Shown here: one piece after another, positions 57,969 to 64,000 of the stretch
Layout: every line of letters starts with the position of its first letter
Position numbering within the stretch: the first letter of the stretch is position 1
Translations under genes and position numbers: made by a program
Assembly (NCBI GenBank): GCA_026066175.1
Contig: GCA_026066175.1_4721.1
Reading direction: 5' to 3' (one strand)
Origin: a phage
Length of the DNA: 64,000 nucleotides
The notes under the pieces: generated by a model
Told to the model about the DNA's origin: nothing
Database searches by the model: none
What the model saw: only the letters and a program-made list of their open reading frames with translations

Positions 57969-60110
57969 ATGGGTATTCTTGTTCAAAACGCCCTCATCAC
58001 AAAACAAGCCTTTTTATTACCCGGTGACAGCAGCACGCTTAGTGCTGACATGATTAAAGCGAGACATACACCCTATTCCTACGATAACGTCGATGATACA
58101 ACACTGGGTGGGAACTGGGTACTTAACCCGCCACCGCAATATACGAAATTTGCTGATATCAAAGAACGACGGCGTGCAGTTATGCCTGGATCAACAGGTA
58201 TGGGACGTGGGTACAGTGAAAGCATCAACAGCTTTAAAGAAGTTGTTACATTACGATTCGGTAAACCACGTTTTACAGGTGCGAGTATCTTCTTTACTGA
58301 TTTCTACGACGCCGATGTTGCGGTCACCGTGAAAACCGGTCGTGACCCAGGTATTCTTTATTACGCCGCCAAAGCGTATACCACCGTGCTTTCTTATCTC
58401 ACACCGTTACCTTATATCTACATGCTGGGTCGTATCGGCCGATACTTCATGGGCAAACCAACCAGTCAGTACTACTATCAAGTACCGACCATGCATGTAT
58501 ACTGGTCCTCGTTCCAGACGTTGGTTAACCAAGCAGCAATAAACATGGGTATCGTTGCGGGGATGGGTAAGGACAAAGGGTATGTCGAGGAAGGCGGTAC
58601 CGTACTCCACCAATTCTCGATTGGTGGTCAGGATGTTGAAGAATTCATCAACTACGCTTCTAAAACGCTCCCAGGCATTTATAAGAAAGGCGGTGGGATC
58701 GATATCTATCAAATTGCAACACGTCGCCAACGCATACAGAACGCATGGGTTCGACGTATTCAATCCATGATGGAGAACGATTACGCGTCTTACGAGGAAT
58801 TCTGGAACGATCTTGATAAACGACTCGATAGCGGAGCATTTCCATCGGACGTTACCGGCCGTACGCTAACACAGTACCTTGCTGATACACAGAAGTCTGC
58901 CGTTTACAGTGCTGCAGCAGGTGATAACAAACAGACGATGGACGACCTGTTATTCGGCAGGGCTTCCTACAGCAACAAAGATGCTGATGCTAACTTCAAT
59001 ATCTCTGCTGCCACCTCCGACGGCGGTACGTCAGCACAAAGTCAGGGTACGACAGCTAACGTCGGTAATTCAACATCGGGGACAACGCAAGCTTCAACCG
59101 CAGCATCAACGGCTGGAGGTGCGAACGTACAGAGCAAAGGCATCGGGCAAACGAATGCGGCTGAAGAAGCGACGTTCCTTGATCTGATGGATGCCGAACT
59201 GGCCGATGGTGCTCAGTTTATCAGTTTTCGGGTCGATTCTGTAACCAGTGTAACCGAAACATTCTCAAACAGCGCTTCGGAAAGTTCAATCGCACAAACG
59301 ATGAACAGCAAAGCGCAGGCGAACATCGAACGACGTTTTACGTTGTCTGGCGGTCAAACCGGCTGGGCTATGCTGGACGCGGCGATAAAGGGTGTGTCGG
59401 ATACCATCAACGGTGCTATTTCAGGAATGGGTTTGGATGGTATCTTTGGTGCCTTCATGGGTTCTGGCTTCGCAGACATTCCAAAGTTCTATTCTGGGTC
59501 ATCGGTAAGCCTTCCACGTGCAGATCTGACAATGGAATTACGTTCCTGGAGTGGAGATCGTTGGTCGATCTTTACGAACCTCATGGTACCGCTTTTAGCG
59601 ATCCTTGCAGGCGGTTTACCGCAGTCTACCGGTAAATCGTCTTACGGGATGCCATTCATGTGCGAGTGTTATATTCCTGGTAAGGTCCAGATTAAAATGG
59701 GTCTTATTGATAATATCACAGTTACACGCCATGTCGGGAACGTGCCGTCAACACGTGAACGCTTACCGTTAGGTATTGATGTCAGTTTCAGTGTGTATGA
59801 CCTGTCGTCGATCGTTGCAATGCCGATCACCACCACAGCAGCATCATTAGCAAAATTGGATCCTCGTGGCTTCTTAAGTGATCTTCTTGCTGATGATACG
59901 CCGCTGAACAACTATCTTGCTGTGTTATCGGCGTTGACGCTTACCGAACAGGTTTACATGATCCCAGATTTAAGTCGTCGTATGCATAAGACCATGGCTG
60001 ATATCGATAGTTTCTGGAGCAAAGGTAATTTTGCTAACTGGTTATCGGACACCATGCCTGGCAGGATAGCATCAGGGCTGTTATGGAAACGTACCGAACG
60101 ACCGTTCTGA
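57969..60110 (+). CDS. hypothetical virion-associated protein
   Basis: 713 aa, GAGG SD. Ser/Thr/Gly-rich linker and a Gly-rich hydrophobic segment (GAISGMGLDGIFGAFMGSGF); co-transcribed with the giant lysin-domain gene. Confidence 0.5.
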   Translation: MGILVQNALITKQAFLLPGDSSTLSADMIKARHTPYSYDNVDDTTLGGNWVLNPPPQYTKFADIKERRRAVMPGSTGMGRGYSESINSFKEVVTLRFGKPRFTGASIFFTDFYDADVAVTVKTGRDPGILYYAAKAYTTVLSYLTPLPYIYMLGRIGRYFMGKPTSQYYYQVPTMHVYWSSFQTLVNQAAINMGIVAGMGKDKGYVEEGGTVLHQFSIGGQDVEEFINYASKTLPGIYKKGGGIDIYQIATRRQRIQNAWVRRIQSMMENDYASYEEFWNDLDKRLDSGAFPSDVTGRTLTQYLADTQKSAVYSAAAGDNKQTMDDLLFGRASYSNKDADANFNISAATSDGGTSAQSQGTTANVGNSTSGTTQASTAASTAGGANVQSKGIGQTNAAEEATFLDLMDAELADGAQFISFRVDSVTSVTETFSNSASESSIAQTMNSKAQANIERRFTLSGGQTGWAMLDAAIKGVSDTINGAISGMGLDGIFGAFMGSGFADIPKFYSGSSVSLPRADLTMELRSWSGDRWSIFTNLMVPLLAILAGGLPQSTGKSSYGMPFMCECYIPGKVQIKMGLIDNITVTRHVGNVPSTRERLPLGIDVSFSVYDLSSIVAMPITTTAASLAKLDPRGFLSDLLADDTPLNNYLAVLSALTLTEQVYMIPDLSRRMHKTMADIDSFWSKGNFANWLSDTMPGRIASGLLWKRTERPF

Positions 60111-60127
60111 TATTCGCTGCATAGAGC

Positions 60128-60160
60128 CCTCCTCCTTCCCTTCCGGGTTGGAGGAGGGCT
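60128..60160. terminator. bidirectional terminator hairpin (same repeat family as 10632-10663)
   Basis: Stem GCCCTCCTCC / GGAGGAGGGC with loop TTCCCTTCCGGGTT. Confidence 0.5.
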
Positions 60161-60164
60161 TATG

Positions 60165-61232
60165 TTAACCTAACGTCACCGTCGGTAAATCAGGATAAAG
60201 TTTCTTCAAGCCTGCCATCGTGGTGGTAGTTGTATAATTCTTACCCATCACAGCAAGAGATGCGTATTTCCTACTGCGGGAGAAAAGAGAATAGAACCCA
60301 CTGGATGTTTCCATCCACATCGTGAGACGTTCTGCATCCTTACCGTGATAGTTCGTTTTACCCCATCCCGGTTTAAACGCATCAGCAAAATCAATTAAAC
60401 GTGACGCTTCAGCGTCGTATTCTTTAAGGGTGATGTACGACGGTATACGGTAGTTGCGAAATAGCAAAGTGATGAGTTCAGGGACCACACTACGTGCGCG
60501 TTCAGCCGTAATGAGTTCGGTAATAACGGCAGCTGTACGGAAATCACCGTTCTGACCAACGCTACTTAATGACTCTGCTAAAGTGGTTGCCATCGCCACT
60601 TTATCTTCCGCTGATCCTGAATCATACAAACTACGCACGTCGATATAGTTGCCCGCTAATGCAGCTTGACGAATCAACGACGTAACAACAGTTTGGTTCG
60701 TCTTGTAGTCGTTATAGCTGAACGACGTACGTTCCTTTCCTTGGTCAGAAAGATACTTATCAACGATCGTAGACAGTTTGTAATACTCATCGCCAGACAT
60801 CAGACTGTCGAGAAGTTTTACATTACCCTCTTTATCGATAAGCTTCCCTAGCGCACCATTAGACTGTTGGTTGATGGTGCTGTAAATCTGATCTTTGACT
60901 TGCGATAAGATGTTATCCGTTGATGTGATATTCAAGCCGGTAACATCTTTGATCTTATTCATTAACGCGTTTTCATTCAGCGAGATTTTACCGCCGCTGA
61001 TGTCAATAAAGGAGTTAAGATCGCTGATGGAAATCAGGTTTCCTGTTAACGCCGATAATGTACTGTTGATGCTATTCGTAATACTGCTACGAAAACTGGT
61101 TAATGCGTCTGCTGCTGAAACAGCGGTACCGCTAACCGCTTTAAGGAGCGTATCACGCCCGGTTGAAAAATCGCTGGTGATGGTTTTGATCTTGGACGTA
61201 TCTATACTCGGCAGTTTGTCGTAAAGACTCAT
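60165..61232 (-). CDS. hypothetical protein
   Basis: Start at M18 of the tracked ORF (AGGAGG SD); about 355 aa. Confidence 0.5.
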   Translation of the reverse strand: MSLYDKLPSIDTSKIKTITSDFSTGRDTLLKAVSGTAVSAADALTSFRSSITNSINSTLSALTGNLISISDLNSFIDISGGKISLNENALMNKIKDVTGLNITSTDNILSQVKDQIYSTINQQSNGALGKLIDKEGNVKLLDSLMSGDEYYKLSTIVDKYLSDQGKERTSFSYNDYKTNQTVVTSLIRQAALAGNYIDVRSLYDSGSAEDKVAMATTLAESLSSVGQNGDFRTAAVITELITAERARSVVPELITLLFRNYRIPSYITLKEYDAEASRLIDFADAFKPGWGKTNYHGKDAERLTMWMETSSGFYSLFSRSRKYASLAVMGKNYTTTTTMAGLKKLYPDLPTVTLG

Positions 61233-61261
61233 CACGTCCTCCTGAAAAAGAAAAAAGAAAT

Positions 61262-61296
61262 ACGGCATAAAGCCTACCCACACAATGGTGGGTAGG
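61262..61296 (-). promoter_or_regulatory. terminator hairpin plus TTTATGCCGTA motif
   Basis: Minus strand 11-bp-stem hairpin AGCCTACCCAC / GTGGGTAGGCT followed by TTTATGCCGTATTTCTTTTTT, about 26 nt upstream of ATG 61232. Confidence 0.5.
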
Positions 61297-61314
61297 CTAA
61301 GATCAACATCGATG

Positions 61315-61827
61315 TTAAACTTCTTCGTTTTCTGAACCTAATGATTCAGCATCTGGATCGTCAACAGGAACGGTTGCATCAAAATACCGCTTCGTATGCG
61401 TGGTTGTGTACCCTACGCTATCCGTAATGGAAATCGTAAACGTCACTTCCCTTGCACGTATTAAACGCAACTTGTTCATGAAGTTCCGAAAAGGCATGGA
61501 TCCACGATTCAACTCCTTGATGACGTTTCCTCGAATGCTGGAAATGTCTTTATTCGTTTTATCGGGATGCCGTTTCTTCACGTCACGCATATGTCGGGTG
61601 ATATACGAATTGAGCTGATTTGCGCCGATCCCTCTCTCCGTATAAATCTGCAACAAGAACTCCGTCAGGAAATCCTGTCTACCCGTAGGCGTCCAGAAGT
61701 TGTTACCGTGGTTATAGTTAGTCGCTCGTCCTCGATTACTTTGAGGATTTTCATCATCGCTTTCGTCACGACGCTTAAGCGGATTAATGCGTGCGCGAAA
61801 AGAGACTTCGTTATATTTATCTATCAT
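61315..61827 (-). CDS. hypothetical protein (start uncertain)
   Basis: Tracked ORF 61315..61872 begins at a TTG; first ATG at 61827; basic protein. Confidence 0.4.
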   Translation of the reverse strand: MIDKYNEVSFRARINPLKRRDESDDENPQSNRGRATNYNHGNNFWTPTGRQDFLTEFLLQIYTERGIGANQLNSYITRHMRDVKKRHPDKTNKDISSIRGNVIKELNRGSMPFRNFMNKLRLIRAREVTFTISITDSVGYTTTHTKRYFDATVPVDDPDAESLGSENEEV

Positions 61828-62339
61828 AGTACACCAGTGTATTGACTGAGTGCGAAGGTTAGGAGTTCGCAACAGTCTCTCGCTAGTTTCCTTGTTTTGC
61901 GTAATCCATAAGCCGCATCCAAATCGTCACGTTCCGCCAGCGCGTCTAACCACGTCGCAAGTATGCGTCCATACTCGATAACGTCACGCATGAGAACGTC
62001 GAACTGGATAACACGACCATCGGCATCAGCAAGCCAACGATTGAATGTAATTTGTGGTGCTAATATTGCATAGGTTCTCTCCTCTAATGTTATTATGTTT
62101 ATGTTGCCTTCGTTATCGAACGCTTGATGCCAACGGCGTAGGTCAAGCATCAACGACTCAGCATCCATATACCACAACGGTAAATACGTTTTACGTGCAA
62201 CACGTATATCGTAGATGTTGTGAACCCAGGACGTTGTTTTATAGAGCAACAAGAGTTCGTTTAACCGTTGCCTATCATCTTGAAACGTCTTCCTTTTATA
62301 ACGTTGGAAAGCACGCCTCAAGAAAAAGCGATGTAACAT
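61824..62339 (-). CDS. hypothetical protein
   Basis: 171-aa ORF; the AT-rich promoter-like element lies about 90 nt upstream. Confidence 0.5.
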   Translation of the reverse strand: MLHRFFLRRAFQRYKRKTFQDDRQRLNELLLLYKTTSWVHNIYDIRVARKTYLPLWYMDAESLMLDLRRWHQAFDNEGNINIITLEERTYAILAPQITFNRWLADADGRVIQFDVLMRDVIEYGRILATWLDALAERDDLDAAYGLRKTRKLARDCCELLTFALSQYTGVL

Positions 62340-62428
62340 GGCATCACCTATGTATCATTCTTGCAGGTATCAATGATACCGTCACAAGAAGGTAACGTTT
62401 TACGTCGCCTCCATGACTGTTATCATGA

Positions 62429-62459
62429 AGGTAATATAGTCCTGATATTTTTTTCAATA
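62429..62459 (-). promoter_or_regulatory. conserved AT-rich promoter-like element
   Basis: Plus AGGTAATATAGTCCTGATATTTTTTTCAATA (minus TATTGAAAAAAATATCAGGACTATATTACCT), in the divergent intergenic region 62340-62473. Confidence 0.45.
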
Positions 62460-62473
62460 CGGAGAATAGAATA

Positions 62474-63088
62474 ATGAGCGAATACGGTGTTGTCCCCGTA
62501 GATGATGAACCGCAAGAGGCACCCGATAAATTCGAGGTCCGTCTCGATGAAACTCGTAACATCCGTCAACGATTTATTCAGCGTCTTGAAATGCTGTTAG
62601 ATAGCGAATTCAAGGAATTTGAGCATAATCCCGGTGCGGATAATAAAGCCATCGTTGACGTAGAAAACGTCGACCGAATCGGGAAACTATTGCTGAAATC
62701 GTTGGGTGATAATGATAAAGTCGACTTAACGCTGAAACGCATTAGTGCTGACCAGGCCATGAACGACAGCGCATTGAAAACGGCGCAGGCCCTAACCGAA
62801 ACCATGCTGCGCCGCTTAGGTCAGATGGATCAACATCCTCTCGCAGCAGGGGCTGTTTATGATGGCGAAGTCGTGCAACCGGTTACACCGGAAGAGCGCG
62901 ATCGTCGACTTGGTTTTGCGTCGTTGGAAGAATTCGACAGCAAAGAGTTTTCACCGGGTATTCTCATCCAGGGACGTGTTGAAGAAACCAGCGATGCTTT
63001 TTACGCTAGAATGGCTCAACTGACGGCGTCGGTTCGTGAAGAGGTGTCTCAGCAGATGACTGCTGAGGACGCACGCGAGGGGGAATAA
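62474..63088 (+). CDS. acidic hypothetical protein
   Basis: 204 aa, GGAG SD, Glu/Asp-rich. Confidence 0.5.
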   Translation: MSEYGVVPVDDEPQEAPDKFEVRLDETRNIRQRFIQRLEMLLDSEFKEFEHNPGADNKAIVDVENVDRIGKLLLKSLGDNDKVDLTLKRISADQAMNDSALKTAQALTETMLRRLGQMDQHPLAAGAVYDGEVVQPVTPEERDRRLGFASLEEFDSKEFSPGILIQGRVEETSDAFYARMAQLTASVREEVSQQMTAEDAREGE

Positions 63089-63782
63089 AATAACTGAACC
63101 ATTTTATTCCAAAGAACCGCATGAACATCACGGGTGCGTTAGAAAGTTCAATCGCTTCGTAAAGTTGATCGTAAGCCAGATCGGAGTCAGGAATGGTTTC
63201 GCTGATCCGTCTGGCTACCACCAATACGTTACAAATCGGATTATCTTCCAACAGCATTTGATTCGGGAGATGCCAACGTTTGAAATCGTAAAAGAACATC
63301 GCGTTATACGTTTTACGGATTTCTGCGGGATGCATCGTCGCCGGATGACGGTAGATAATCTCGACGATATCTTGCGCACCGAGATACTGTTGAATACCCT
63401 CTTTTAACGCAACAGCTGCATCACCGACAAACTCAAACGGGTATGTGTTGACATGAACCGAAAAATCCGGCGATGCGATACCGGTTAATCGATCCTTCAT
63501 GTAATCCGCAACCACATAACACAACCGCCACATTAACTCCGTAGGAATGCATTTATCGAGAATGGTTTCGTCGATATTTGCTAACGCGTCCTTAAACTCC
63601 TCGTAAGTATAAGTAACGCCCGCCTGTTTCTCAGGTTCCAGGTTATAGGGCCTGTAATGCCATTTCTTTCCCCACTTCCTGATCGCTTCTGGATCCAACG
63701 TTGTCGCTACTGCCATCTCAATGTCGAGCAGCGCTTCGAGTTCGACATAAACCGTAACATACGCTGCGCTTTCAATCATCAT
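63006..63782 (-). CDS. hypothetical protein
   Basis: Tracked ORF starts at a GTG; first ATG at 63782, coupled to the upstream stop (TGATG) with a GGAGAG SD. The 3' end overlaps the convergent plus gene by about 83 nt. Confidence 0.45.
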   Translation of the reverse strand: MMIESAAYVTVYVELEALLDIEMAVATTLDPEAIRKWGKKWHYRPYNLEPEKQAGVTYTYEEFKDALANIDETILDKCIPTELMWRLCYVVADYMKDRLTGIASPDFSVHVNTYPFEFVGDAAVALKEGIQQYLGAQDIVEIIYRHPATMHPAEIRKTYNAMFFYDFKRWHLPNQMLLEDNPICNVLVVARRISETIPDSDLAYDQLYEAIELSNAPVMFMRFFGIKWFSYFIPPRVRPQQSSAETPLHEPTPSVEPF

Positions 63783-64000
63783 CACTCTCCAGTATTACCC
63801 GTTAGCATCTGCGCGTCAGGCGACGTTGCCATTTTCTTCTCGTACTCTTTGGTTTGTTTGAAGACCAACTCACCGATTTCTTCCAGTTCTTCAACGGTGA
63901 CGGTATGCAAATAGAGTAGCGGAATAATCCAGGTGTTCGCATTAAGCATGTCGCGGATATCATCAACGGATGGGAGTTCGGTAAAGAACTGTTCATCAAC
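63782..64000 (-). CDS. hypothetical protein, partial (C-terminal 72 codons; gene continues beyond the window)
   Basis: Frame translating ...VDEQFFTELPSVDDIRDMLNANTWIIPLLYLHTVTVEELEEIGELVFKQTKEYEKKMATSPDAQMLTGNTGE-stop is open to the window edge; stop TGA overlaps the downstream ATG. Confidence 0.45.
   Translation of the reverse strand, partial: VDEQFFTELPSVDDIRDMLNANTWIIPLLYLHTVTVEELEEIGELVFKQTKEYEKKMATSPDAQMLTGNTGE

Noticed and set aside
63802-63999. 65-aa edge ORF in the ORF track
   Set aside because: Wrong frame; a different minus-strand frame stays open to the window edge, is protein-like and couples to the downstream ATG (reported as the partial CDS 63782..64000).

Overview
This 64 kb window reads as a densely packed, mostly minus-strand coding segment of a jumbo, nucleus-forming (phiKZ-like) phage of a Gram-negative host; the host assignment is inferred from Shine-Dalgarno usage only. 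Recognisable genes include a tubulin/FtsZ-like PhuZ homolog, a 632-aa candidate nuclear-shell protein (chimallin) directly upstream of an RNA polymerase beta-prime N-terminal gene, a second paralogous multisubunit RNAP set (beta-prime N-terminal fragment with GADFDGD, plus beta fragments), a terminase large subunit, a candidate tail sheath/tube pair, and a 2233-aa virion protein with a C-terminal GH19-type lysozyme domain. The most interesting result is three td-like group I introns in RNAP genes. Two tandem introns flank a 13-nt micro-exon and split the catalytic YNADFDGD motif of one beta-prime gene. A third, carrying an HNH homing endonuclease ORF, interrupts the beta gene of the other set. 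Two conserved intergenic motif families look like phage-specific promoters: an AT-rich TATATTACC element and a hairpin followed by TTTATGCCGTC. No tRNA, rRNA or CRISPR array was found. Nothing here was checked against a database; all calls are from reading motifs in the sequence, and coordinates I derived myself should be taken as accurate to within a few nt.
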